In this document: one piece after another, positions 1 to 8,383 of the stretch
Layout: the number at the start of each line of letters is the position of its first letter
Numbering within the stretch: the stretch's first letter is position 1
Virus record (IMG/VR): IMGVR_UViG_3300003465_000004
Coordinates: 7,170 to 71,169 of that record
Reading direction: 5' to 3' (one strand)
DNA: 64,000 bases
Source: a virus
Lineage: Duplodnaviria > Caudoviricetes
Translations under genes and position numbers: made by a program
The notes under the pieces: generated by a model
Seen by the model: the letters and a program-made list of their open reading frames with translations, nothing else
What the model was told of the DNA's origin: nothing
Database searches by the model: none

Positions 1-180
1 AAGGCAGTTACGACGATTCCCTATGTTGTGACACCAAACAGCGCCCCTTACAATCCTAACGAGTCTCCGTTTTACCCGAACTCATCCAATACGTGGTGCA
101 CACAGACCATGACGCAGGGTGATAGAAAAGACTATCGCGTTGTGAATATTCCGCAGTTTTCCATCTACCACGACCAATAA

Positions 181-837
181 ATGTTTCGTCATGATGATTC
201 CTTGACATTCCCGAAGCTTCGTCAAGTCAACTTGGCTGAGGGACGGGTCTATCAAGTGTTCGGCACAGAAATTGCGTATCCGTCCATTACACGAGTGTTG
301 GGGGCGAAACCGAAGCCACAACTAGAAGCGTGGAAGAAGAAAGTCGGGCATCAGAAAGCACAAGCGGAAGCACAGTTTGCCGCACGAAAGGGCACGACGC
401 TCCATAAGCTTGCGGAATTGTATCTCGACAATCAAGAACTTCCACCAGTGTTGCCACACGTCGCGGAACTCTGGATGAACCTTCGGCCGTGGCTCGGCCA
501 CCACGTCACGTGTGTGTATGCGCAAGAGCAGGATATCTGTTCGCATATGTTGAAAGTCGCCGGCCGGCTCGATTTGCTGGCGGACGTGGACGGTGAACTC
601 GCCGTCGTAGACATCAAGAATGCAAAGCGCATCAAGAAGCGCGAATGGGTGCGGTCTTACTTCGTTCAGGGTACGTTCTATTCACTGGCAGTCTTCGAAG
701 CCGTGGGACGTGTTGTGAAGAAGATTGTTTTGCCGATTTGTTCTCCTGAAGGATTCCAAGTCGAAGTTGCCAAACCGGCAGAATTCTTCAACGAATTGCG
801 CGCTGACATCGACTATTATTATTCGCTTGCATCTTGA
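181..837 (+). CDS. PD-(D/E)XK exonuclease of T4-like phages
   Basis: YPSITRVLG, RKGTTLH, AGRLDLL and VVDIKN motifs; lies upstream of gp33-gp59-gp32 as in T4-like cyanophages. Confidence 0.8.
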   Translation: MFRHDDSLTFPKLRQVNLAEGRVYQVFGTEIAYPSITRVLGAKPKPQLEAWKKKVGHQKAQAEAQFAARKGTTLHKLAELYLDNQELPPVLPHVAELWMNLRPWLGHHVTCVYAQEQDICSHMLKVAGRLDLLADVDGELAVVDIKNAKRIKKREWVRSYFVQGTFYSLAVFEAVGRVVKKIVLPICSPEGFQVEVAKPAEFFNELRADIDYYYSLAS

Positions 838-855
838 AAACTCTTTTGATATAAT
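827..855 (+). promoter_or_regulatory. sigma70-like promoter for the tmRNA locus
   Basis: TTGCAT-17 bp-TATAAT, in the same TTCGCTTG context as the other early promoters. Confidence 0.7.
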
Positions 856-861
856 TACTGT

Positions 862-1290
862 CATACACAGCTTCCAAGGCGAGTGTTATTGCAAATCGTT
901 GAAGTCAATCACGACACAACAAGACGGTGGGGCAGAACCACCCGGGTCCACCACAAATAATACGGGCCCGACACAGTATCGATTGGGTGTATGGGGATTG
1001 ATGGAGATTGCCGTCCAGCAACAGACGTTAAAACGAGCAAACAAGTAACTGACGAAAATCAGTTCGCAATCGCTGCCTAAGCGCAGCGGTCGGGGAAGCG
1101 GGCTCTCCCTGTCAAAGAAACCCGCAAGTCTTGCGCAGATGCCGGGGATTCCGTTGTGAGAATGGGATTCTTACCCGGAACAACATCAAACAACCGATTG
1201 GGTCGCTTCGCGCGGCGGCGTCTAATGAGCGTAGTAACGCAGACGTGGTTTTACCCAATGCTCTAGTGGATGGGAGCGAATACATCCGCA
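862..1290 (+). ncRNA. ssrA: Circularly permuted (two-piece) tmRNA; 3' end of the coding piece uncertain
   Basis: T-arm GGTGG-GGCAGAA-CCACC and CGGGTCC-A-CCA (926-953) lie upstream of the 5' acceptor strand GGGCCCG (964-970), giving a 7-bp stem with G3:U70. Tag ORF DENQFAIAA* at 1051-1080 with stop-codon hairpin CGCTGC/GCAGCG. Several candidate pseudoknots. Confidence 0.9.
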
Positions 1291-1404
1291 ACGCGTTACT
1301 TCCCCCGGCCGGACATGGTCAGTGCATCGTCACGTATTACAGCCCCCGGCCGGGTTATTTCCCTTGAGTTGCTATGATTCGTCAGGCCAACACCCACGGC
1401 AACA

Positions 1405-1629
1405 ATGAGTCTAAAAATTCATAATTCTGAAGCCTTCGCGGGGCATATCGAGCACCTTGTTGCGACAAGACATCTTTCCTATTTGGATGCGATACTTCTC
1501 TTCTGTGAAAAACGCGGTATTGAACCGGACGCGATTGCCCCGTTCATTAACGACAAGATAAAAACCGCATTGTCGCAGGAAGGACAACGACTACATCTGC
1601 TTCCGCGTATGAATGCACTTCCGCTGTAA
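1405..1629 (+). CDS. 33: Late-promoter transcription coactivator gp33
   Basis: FAGHIEHLV...SYLDAILLFCEKRGIEPDAI...KIKTALSQEGQRLHLL matches the cyanophage-type gp33 pattern; next to gp59. Confidence 0.85.
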   Translation: MSLKIHNSEAFAGHIEHLVATRHLSYLDAILLFCEKRGIEPDAIAPFINDKIKTALSQEGQRLHLLPRMNALPL

Positions 1630-1997
1630 TGGCATACGAAAACGACCGCATCCTCATTCTTGCTGCGACTGTTCAAGAAGCCGAAGAGTGGCGCAGACAG
1701 CAGCAAATCGGCCGAACGAATTGTAGGTATATCAGCCATCCAGACGCTTTGCGTGGTCTGGACCAACCACGCGTGGCAATTCTGGAATCGTTCTGGTCGC
1801 GCAAGGATGTGTGGGAAATGCGGAACATGCTGGCGTATAATCGTCCTGTTGACTGGCGAACAGGAAAGCCGATTACCGACAGACTGTTCCCGCAAGCAAA
1901 ACGAGCGAACGCAGAAGTCGAGCCCACCCGCAAGCGTTTCAAAGTCATCAAGGCACATGACTCCCGAACAAGTTTTCAAGCACTGTCGCGCTTATAA
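1629..1997 (+). CDS. Hypothetical protein
   Basis: TAATG coupling to gp33; 122 aa; overlaps the gp59 start by 41 nt. Confidence 0.55.
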   Translation: MAYENDRILILAATVQEAEEWRRQQQIGRTNCRYISHPDALRGLDQPRVAILESFWSRKDVWEMRNMLAYNRPVDWRTGKPITDRLFPQAKRANAEVEPTRKRFKVIKAHDSRTSFQALSRL

Positions 1998-2637
1998 GAT
2001 TTACTACGGACCCGGCAAATATGACATCCGTAAATACGGCAGTCACATCAAGACAACCCCGTTTATCGAACAGCGCGACCGGCAGTTTTACTATCGTCTC
2101 TCAACGAAGCTAAATGACGCACAAATCCATGCGCTGTTTACATCTGGGTTCTTTTTCAATCCGAAAGCGCATATTTCTGATTTCGTCACACCAGACGCGC
2201 AACAAGCCGCAATTCGGTTTGCCTCTCGCGGCGAAAACGGTGCAACGTTACTTCAACATGATTTGTATGAACTCGCGAAACGGCTCAAGGAAACGGACAC
2301 GATTGAATGGCTTTACGGAGAGTCCTCAATTATGCCACCATGCGTCGGTGAAATCATTTCCGGCGAACTTCCCTTGGACCTTGCGTGTTTGTTGCTACTG
2401 ATTCCGCAACAGGAGTATCACTATCATTGGACTGCGCATTTCGACCAACAAGATGATTTGGGACTCGGTCCGAAACCATGGATTGACCGGCTCAAAAAGG
2501 CAGACATTCTACTATCCATGCATCGGCAGTTGTGGCGTCTCACCACACATAAGCTTGCCAAGGAGTTTTGGGGAACGCTGGGCGTGATGGACCTCGCACC
2601 AAAACCCGTAACAGAGCAAGCACCAGCACTCTTTTGA
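1957..2637 (+). CDS. 59: Helicase loader gp59
   Basis: Start trimmed to MTPEQVFKHCRAYKIYY...YDIRKYG...RDRQFYYRLS; sits between gp33 and gp32. Confidence 0.8.
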   Translation: MTPEQVFKHCRAYKIYYGPGKYDIRKYGSHIKTTPFIEQRDRQFYYRLSTKLNDAQIHALFTSGFFFNPKAHISDFVTPDAQQAAIRFASRGENGATLLQHDLYELAKRLKETDTIEWLYGESSIMPPCVGEIISGELPLDLACLLLLIPQQEYHYHWTAHFDQQDDLGLGPKPWIDRLKKADILLSMHRQLWRLTTHKLAKEFWGTLGVMDLAPKPVTEQAPALF

Positions 2638-2640
2638 ACC

Positions 2641-2647
2641 CTAAATA
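2641..2647 (+). promoter_or_regulatory. Late-promoter-like CTAAATA upstream of gp32
   Basis: Same heptamer recurs before many late genes. Confidence 0.55.
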
Positions 2648-2722
2648 TGCTTATTGAGCACTTCGCTGGTATGAGACACAACATACATCAACACTCAATA
2701 CACGATACGTTTGGAGCTAACA

Positions 2723-3694
2723 ATGGCAAGTAACTTCTCTTCTCTCCGTTCCGCCCGCAAAGCCGCACTTGACAAACTCGCACAAGCCGTCAAGCAGGAA
2801 GCACAGAAAGGTTCGGCAGACGAACGTTTCTGGAAGCTGTCTGTTGACCAGAAAACTGGCGTCGGCTACGCCAAGATTCGTTTCCTTCCTGCCCCGAAGG
2901 GTGAAGAACTTCCGTGGGTGCGTCTCTTCTCGCACGGATTTCAGGGTCCAAGTGGAACCTACTATATCGAAAACTGCCCCACAACGTTGAATCTGCCGTG
3001 TCCGGCGTGCAAGGAAAACAATGTGCTGTGGAGCACTGGCGCGGAAGACAAGCGGAACATCGCCCGTGACCGCAAGCGCAAGCTGTCCTTCATTTCCAAC
3101 ATTCTAGTGTTGGAAGACCCGGCACATCCTGAGAACGTTGGAAAAGTTTTCTTGTTCAAGTATGGCAAGAAGATTCATGACAAAATCATGGAACTGATTG
3201 AACCGCAGTTCCCCGACCAGCAGCCCGCAAATCCGTTTGATTTATGGGAAGGCGCGGACTTCAAGCTGAAGGCTGCGAAGGTCGCAGGATTCCAGAATTA
3301 CGACAAGTCGTCATTCAGCGACCCGTCTGCACTGTTCGACGGCGACGATGACAAGCTTGAGTCTGTTTGGGAAAAGGAATATCAGCTTGCGGAATTCGTT
3401 GCCCCCGCAGCATTCAAGAAATTCGAAGAACTGGAAACGCGTTTGAATGCTGTGCTCAACGGCACGAACAATGCACCGAAGACTGCTGAAGCAGCTTTGC
3501 AGACAGACATGACCGACGAAGATATCGAAAAGGTCGTGGAGACTGCGAAGAAGGAAGAAGTCGCCAAGCAGCCGAAGAAGCCTGCGGCGAAGAAGGCGAC
3601 TCCGAAGCCGGAACCAAAACCGGAAGTGGCGGCGGACCCGGACGAAGATGAAATTCGCGGATTCTTTGCTGACGTGCTTGGTGACGACGAATAA
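2723..3694 (+). CDS. 32: Single-stranded DNA-binding protein gp32
   Basis: DERFWKL, GYAKIRFLPAP, YIENCPTTL, CPAC, FKYGKKI, NPFDLWEGADFKLK, NYDKSSF; acidic C-terminus. Confidence 0.97.
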   Translation: MASNFSSLRSARKAALDKLAQAVKQEAQKGSADERFWKLSVDQKTGVGYAKIRFLPAPKGEELPWVRLFSHGFQGPSGTYYIENCPTTLNLPCPACKENNVLWSTGAEDKRNIARDRKRKLSFISNILVLEDPAHPENVGKVFLFKYGKKIHDKIMELIEPQFPDQQPANPFDLWEGADFKLKAAKVAGFQNYDKSSFSDPSALFDGDDDKLESVWEKEYQLAEFVAPAAFKKFEELETRLNAVLNGTNNAPKTAEAALQTDMTDEDIEKVVETAKKEEVAKQPKKPAAKKATPKPEPKPEVAADPDEDEIRGFFADVLGDDE

Positions 3695-3728
3695 CAAAAC
3701 TGTAAGTCCCGCCGTGTGATGGACAGTC

Positions 3729-3777
3729 AACCGCTGGATTTTAGGGGAATTCCCCTAAAGTTCAGCGGTTTCGTTTT
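3729..3777 (+). terminator. Intrinsic terminator after gp32
   Basis: AACCGCTGGA...TAGGGG-AATT-CCCCTA...TTCAGCGGTT followed by TCGTTTT. Confidence 0.75.
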
Positions 3778-4014
3778 GGTGGTGTCCCGGTGGGTCAGTC
3801 TACAGGACATTCAGACGTATCCAAAGTCGCGCCAAAACGTCACCAAACGCGTTTGGTGAGCGATTTTCCCCGCATTGTCTGCGGAGTTTACACATCTTAA
3901 TCTCCGCATCCCGCTAAGTCCTTTAGAATCAATAGTTTAGCGAAATCCCGTAAATCCTTGAAAATAAAGCACTTATGGGACTTCAAATATTTTCACGAAG
4001 TTGCCACTTTTCGC

Positions 4015-4043
4015 TTGACATATGGCAAGAGGTATGAGACTAT
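4015..4043 (+). promoter_or_regulatory. Early sigma70-like promoter
   Basis: TTTTCGC-TTGACA-17 bp-GACTAT; nearly identical architecture to the promoter at 60164. Confidence 0.65.
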
Positions 4044-4049
4044 AGATAC

Positions 4050-4367
4050 ATGACGAACGAAACCATGACAGACTTGACCGTTGCGAAGACGATTCTACAG
4101 CAGCTTGGTGGCCGTCGATTTCTTCTCATGACGGGCGCACGCAATATCGTCGGCACTTCCAACAGCTTGACGTTCCGGCTGCCGCGAAACGGAACCGACG
4201 GGTCGAACGTATGGATAATCACGTTGGACCCATCAGACACATACCACGTGGAAACGTTCTTTGCGCGGGCGGGTGCGTGCAAGAAGAAGTCCGATTTCAC
4301 GGACATCTATTGGGATTCCCTTGTGGAACTGTTCGAACGCGTCAGTGGATTCTATACGAGGCTGTAG
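4050..4367 (+). CDS. Conserved-looking small phage early protein
   Basis: AKTILQQLGG..FLLMTGA..VWIITLDPSDTYHVE pattern; directly after an early promoter. Confidence 0.75.
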   Translation: MTNETMTDLTVAKTILQQLGGRRFLLMTGARNIVGTSNSLTFRLPRNGTDGSNVWIITLDPSDTYHVETFFARAGACKKKSDFTDIYWDSLVELFERVSGFYTRL

Positions 4368-4369
4368 CA

Positions 4370-4693
4370 ATGACGACCCATAAAGTTCGTGAAAATCAGT
4401 GGGGGAACTGGTACGGTTATCGCGGCCGGCGCCGTGTGATGGAGTTTGCGAACACTTCGGAATTCACGGCAGAGCAGAACGCGTATCGCTGGCTCTTCGT
4501 GGAACAGATGAAGGAACGCTGCGCGGAAATCGGAACGACTGCACCCGGCACCCCGCGGCCAGATTACGAAGCGTTGGCAGATGAAGTCCTGAACGGACTC
4601 GCAGCGTATCGCCACGATAAGTACCTGATTCAGCAGGACCGCGATTATCTGGCGCGGATGTTTCAGGCGTGCGCCGAACGTGAACGGGAGTAA
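4370..4693 (+). CDS. Hypothetical early protein
   Basis: ATG 3 nt after the previous stop; packed in the operon. Confidence 0.7.
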   Translation: MTTHKVRENQWGNWYGYRGRRRVMEFANTSEFTAEQNAYRWLFVEQMKERCAEIGTTAPGTPRPDYEALADEVLNGLAAYRHDKYLIQQDRDYLARMFQACAERERE

Positions 4694-4695
4694 CA

Positions 4696-4941
4696 ATGTC
4701 TGACGACAAAGTGTTAGCAGAATTGCAGCGTTTCATGCCGAACAATGAAAATGTTCGCGTGGGTGATGCCGTCGCTTCTATTCGCGACATGGAGCAGGCC
4801 CGGCGTTCGGCAATGGAGAATTGCGAAACGTTGATGCAAATGCTGCGGAATGTCCATAAAATTGCGACGTGTAGCGAACGACCAGAGGATTTCCCCGGAA
4901 TGCTGAAGCATATCGCGGATATTGCCAAATTGTCGCTGTAA
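4696..4941 (+). CDS. Hypothetical early protein
   Basis: GGGAG SD-like sequence; operon packing. Confidence 0.7.
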   Translation: MSDDKVLAELQRFMPNNENVRVGDAVASIRDMEQARRSAMENCETLMQMLRNVHKIATCSERPEDFPGMLKHIADIAKLSL

Positions 4942-4982
4942 ATCCCTTATTTATCAATAAGTTACGTCCCTGTATTTTTCGC

Positions 4983-5011
4983 TTGACATTCTTGGTAGTT
5001 TCTGTTAGAAT
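4983..5011 (+). promoter_or_regulatory. Early sigma70-like promoter
   Basis: TTTTTCGC-TTGACA-17 bp-TAGAAT. Confidence 0.8.
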
Positions 5012-5017
5012 GGTTTC

Positions 5018-5428
5018 ATGATGGCGAAGACGTTCAAGACGATTCGACCGACGGGACCGACCGGGTCAAAGAACTTCGACGTTGCGCTCGGCAATTTCGT
5101 CGAAGCGTTGCGTGAGCGTATCAATCGTGAATATGCCGAACGGTCCTATCGTATAGGATTGTGTGGTGGGTACCCGAACCTGACTCCGCCGCAAGTCTAC
5201 GCGGAGCCGGGTTGGAAGAATGTTCGGATTGTGCTGGACGACAGACACGACCATCTGTCCGGTCGGGCCGGACAGCGGATGGTTCACTGCTTCGTTCGCA
5301 AGTCGGATGGAGCTATCCTCAAGGCAGCGGGCTGGAAGGCTCCTGCAAAGCACCCCCGCGGCAGCATCTATGCTGCGGACTTTGGAATGTCCGCAGTCAC
5401 CACGCACGGCGCAAACTATCTGAGGTAA
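5018..5428 (+). CDS. Conserved T4-like phage hypothetical protein
   Basis: MVHCFVRKSDGAILKAAGWKAPAKHPRGSI motif recalled from T4-like phage hypothetical proteins. Confidence 0.75.
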   Translation: MMAKTFKTIRPTGPTGSKNFDVALGNFVEALRERINREYAERSYRIGLCGGYPNLTPPQVYAEPGWKNVRIVLDDRHDHLSGRAGQRMVHCFVRKSDGAILKAAGWKAPAKHPRGSIYAADFGMSAVTTHGANYLR

Positions 5429-5435
5429 AAGAATC

Positions 5436-5642
5436 ATGAGAAACCACGTCCGTATCGGTCATCTTCAGCGTGACATGTCGCGTCGGCGACGTGCGAGAAA
5501 TCGCACGGAGCGTCTTCAGCGTCTTGCGGATTCCGGAATCGATACGTGGGAAGAGTACCACGATTACGAGTCGTTTTCTGACCGCGTGAGTCGGTTCGAT
5601 GACGACCGCGACATTCACGACGAGCAGCTTGGTCAGAAGTAG
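5436..5642 (+). CDS. Hypothetical small charged protein
   Basis: GAGG SD; Arg-rich N-terminus and acidic C-terminus. Confidence 0.6.
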   Translation: MRNHVRIGHLQRDMSRRRRARNRTERLQRLADSGIDTWEEYHDYESFSDRVSRFDDDRDIHDEQLGQK

Positions 5643-5726
5643 ATGCTGGACGCAATTCCGACGTTTGTGTGTATCGGACTAGTGTTCTTTACGCTTTGGC
5701 GCGTCGTGCGCGAAGGAATGATGTAA
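5643..5726 (+). CDS. Small hydrophobic peptide (27 aa)
   Basis: MLDAIPTFVCIGLVFFTLWRVVREGMM; ATG directly follows the previous stop; below the ORF-track cutoff. Confidence 0.45.
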   Translation: MLDAIPTFVCIGLVFFTLWRVVREGMM

Positions 5727-5843
5727 AATGTATCTGATGCCCGATATCGGGCGCGTTCAGGCGCGCTGGAATTCTTGAACCGATGGGAATCGCGATTCGG
5801 TGCAGCACAGCATGGAGCCAGTAAACACTCAAGACGTTTCATG

Positions 5844-5881
5844 AAGCGGCTAGGAAGTAAAACACTCCTAGCCGCTTTTTT
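5844..5881 (+). terminator. Intrinsic terminator between convergent units
   Basis: AAGCGGCTAGGA-loop-TCCTAGCCGCTT then a T-run. Confidence 0.8.
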
Positions 5882-5889
5882 GTGTGGTC

Positions 5890-6087
5890 TTAACGATTCA
5901 ATGACGAATCGTCGTCTCGGTGCCGACCCGAAGTTCCGGTCGGATTGTCTCGGTCACCGAACGGGCCGTCCAGAACGCGACAATTGATTTCGTCGTTCTT
6001 GATGTCCCGCACGTCAACCGTGTAACTCCCCTTTCCGGTAATCTTCTCCGGATTCTCCACGTTGAACCGCTTGTCTGCTGTCTGCAT
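5890..6087 (-). CDS. Small protein with its own promoter (65 aa)
   Basis: GGAGG SD 8 nt before the ATG; TTGCAA-16 bp-TATGAT promoter at 6129-6156. Confidence 0.55.
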   Translation of the reverse strand: MQTADKRFNVENPEKITGKGSYTVDVRDIKNDEINCRVLDGPFGDRDNPTGTSGRHRDDDSSLNR

Positions 6088-6164
6088 GCAGTTGGCCTCC
6101 ACACAACAAGCGTGCGTTGCGTGGAGCTATCATACTCCAAACGAAACCGATTGCAAGCTGAGCG

Positions 6165-8300
6165 TTAAATAACGTTTACTGCGCGAATGTTATCGACCGA
6201 ACGGTCGCGATTTTCAGTCTGGATTGGAACAGGAATCAACATCGGAGTAGACGAGTTTTGCGCGATAGTCGTCTGTGGTGCTGCAACAGTGACATTGACC
6301 GGTGTGGATGACGATGCGCGCGATGCGTCCGCAAGTGTTGCTGCGTTGCGATTTGCCGTAATCTGCGCAGTGCTCATGAGTGCGAAATACTCTGACGCTT
6401 TCGTTCCATACGCATCCCCGCCCGCAAGTCCTTTCTTCGCGACTCCACCGGCACCAATCAAGTGTGCAGCACCGAGATATCCCGCGATATCCGAACTGCT
6501 GGATTCCGCTGTGACAACTTTCAGACGACGGAGCGTTCGTAGATTCCGATTCGTCAAGTCACGCATCACACGTTCCTGAAGCTGAGGATTGCTGAGGAAT
6601 GCTTCTTTCCCACCCTTCAACGTCCAGTTTGCCGGGTTGTTGATAATTTGTTTGTTCGTCCCTTTCTTGCTCGACCCGGGGTTGAGTAGTCCTGCGTCTT
6701 CCAGTGCCGCTGCGCCGAACTGGTATTTGCCGATAAATCCTAGCGTGTTTTCTGCACGGTAGTTTCCACGCGACTCGCGCTGTCCGATAGTCTTCGCGTA
6801 AGTGTCGTAATCAAAGGATTGTGGTGTTGCACGCTTAGGGGAAGTCGCCGGAATTTCTGCGGGCGGCCGCGGGATATTAGATTGCACATTCGGCAATGAC
6901 ATAACATTTGTCGACAAATGGCGTCCTGTTAACGCCTCCGTAGATGCCGGCGCCGGCTCATTTGGAAATGTCGGGTTGAAAAATGACTGCGGGTCAACCT
7001 TAATCGAAGTCGCGACTTCTTCGGGATGTGCTCGCAAGCGAAGTTCTTCTCGTCTTATCTTTTCACGTTCTGTGAAGAAATTAGCGGCTTTTTCCATTGC
7101 TTTAGGGTCGTCCCACGCAATGTTAGCTCCCATGGTATTTGCGCGAGAAATTTGCTCATGTTTATAGTCGCTCATTTCCTCTTCCGGTGTGCGCTCACCA
7201 GTAAATTTGCTCCGGATAATTTCAGCAACACGTTGAACCACATTAGATGCTCCGGTCATCTCGTCAATCCATCGTCCAACGTTCCATGCCGCCCACGCAG
7301 TTGCAATCACGGCCGCGCCGGCCCCTAATCCTTTCAGTGCAGGAATAACCGTCCGCACAATACTTGCGAGACCGCCGGCGCCCATGAGCAGTTGTCCTAT
7401 TTCGCCCAGAGACGAAAATAGGCCACCACCAGTTTGTGTTTCTCCTACTTTACGGTCTTTCCCTGTTTTTTGGCTGAGGATAATTGGACTGAAGTTTCCT
7501 GATTTCTGGTCGTCCGACGCACGTTCCGCGGCCTCCTGAGCACGATTAAACTGTTCTGCGTCCTGCCGATTACCAGATTGGAGAACAGACCGGATGTCCT
7601 GTAGCACGGACAGAATTTCTGAAGATGTGCCGCCATCTCCGAACTGTTCAAACGCTTGACTGCGTTTACCACGTGGCGCATAATCATCTTCAATTGATTC
7701 CCGGCCAGCACCAAAACGTTCCACTGCTGTGCCTAGCATATTTGCCCGAGTATTCAACAAGTCTCGTTCAATGCCCTGCGGTTGTTCCCGATTTGCTCGA
7801 CGTGCCAGAAGACGACCAGCAAGTCGGAACAATCCTGCATCATTCTGTTGTAGCGTCTCGGCCACCTTCTCCCGCGCCGTGGCGACCTTTTCGCGTGCGA
7901 CATTTTTGAATGTCGTCGTAAACTTCCGCAGCAGACTCGTTCTGCGCGAAATCACCGCGATTAGTTGGTCACAAATGATGCGGATACGACTGCGTTCGGC
8001 GTCAGACAACGTAATCTTTTCTTTCTGCGCCGTATCGTTTGTTTCGCGAATAAGCGGTATCATTTTCTGCAATTCACTCAGCGTTCCGCTATGGTCGCGC
8101 GCGAGTGAAATTAGCGGGGCCACATACGACTTCACACCAGACGAATCCGCATCCACACCAAGCGCAAGCTGCGTTAGTTCTGCTTCAATGGGCGATTGAC
8201 CAAACGTTTCCGCTTCCAGACGTGCGGTCTTCGCCATCTTCGCCATAGGCGACAGCATGCGACTTGTTTTCGGGTCATGCGTAAGTGGATTGTATGGCAT
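6165..8300 (-). CDS. Tape-measure-like (gp29-position) protein with a lysozyme-like domain
   Basis: Helical and Gly/Ala-rich body; IGQRESRGNY...GFIGKYQFGAAALEDAG resembles a lysozyme-like/transglycosylase fold; downstream of gp26/gp51; start trimmed to MPYNP. Confidence 0.65.
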   Translation of the reverse strand: MPYNPLTHDPKTSRMLSPMAKMAKTARLEAETFGQSPIEAELTQLALGVDADSSGVKSYVAPLISLARDHSGTLSELQKMIPLIRETNDTAQKEKITLSDAERSRIRIICDQLIAVISRRTSLLRKFTTTFKNVAREKVATAREKVAETLQQNDAGLFRLAGRLLARRANREQPQGIERDLLNTRANMLGTAVERFGAGRESIEDDYAPRGKRSQAFEQFGDGGTSSEILSVLQDIRSVLQSGNRQDAEQFNRAQEAAERASDDQKSGNFSPIILSQKTGKDRKVGETQTGGGLFSSLGEIGQLLMGAGGLASIVRTVIPALKGLGAGAAVIATAWAAWNVGRWIDEMTGASNVVQRVAEIIRSKFTGERTPEEEMSDYKHEQISRANTMGANIAWDDPKAMEKAANFFTEREKIRREELRLRAHPEEVATSIKVDPQSFFNPTFPNEPAPASTEALTGRHLSTNVMSLPNVQSNIPRPPAEIPATSPKRATPQSFDYDTYAKTIGQRESRGNYRAENTLGFIGKYQFGAAALEDAGLLNPGSSKKGTNKQIINNPANWTLKGGKEAFLSNPQLQERVMRDLTNRNLRTLRRLKVVTAESSSSDIAGYLGAAHLIGAGGVAKKGLAGGDAYGTKASEYFALMSTAQITANRNAATLADASRASSSTPVNVTVAAPQTTIAQNSSTPMLIPVPIQTENRDRSVDNIRAVNVI

Positions 8301-8383
8301 TAGCTTACTCGATAGTCGATGTCTAAGTGGCCGGCCGACCAAAAACGCCGGCCAGCAAGATTCTTTGAATTGTTATTCATGCC

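Noticed and set aside
923-975. tRNA gene
   Set aside because: There is no anticodon arm and the halves are in permuted order next to a tag ORF, so it is the tmRNA tRNA-like domain. I recognised no tRNA gene in the window.
1222-1246. Hammerhead-like CTAATGA-GCGT-AGTA-ACGC segment
   Set aside because: The required GAAA after stem II is absent (AGAC instead) and the core differs from CUGANGA, so it is treated as an ordinary hairpin.
1131-1367. 78-aa ORF and the 725-1048 ORF over the tmRNA locus
   Set aside because: Neither has a good start context, and the region is better explained by RNA structure.
1660-1956. N-terminal 99 aa of the 325-aa ORF
   Set aside because: It overlaps the coupled 1629-1997 gene, and gp59 similarity starts at MTPEQ (1957).
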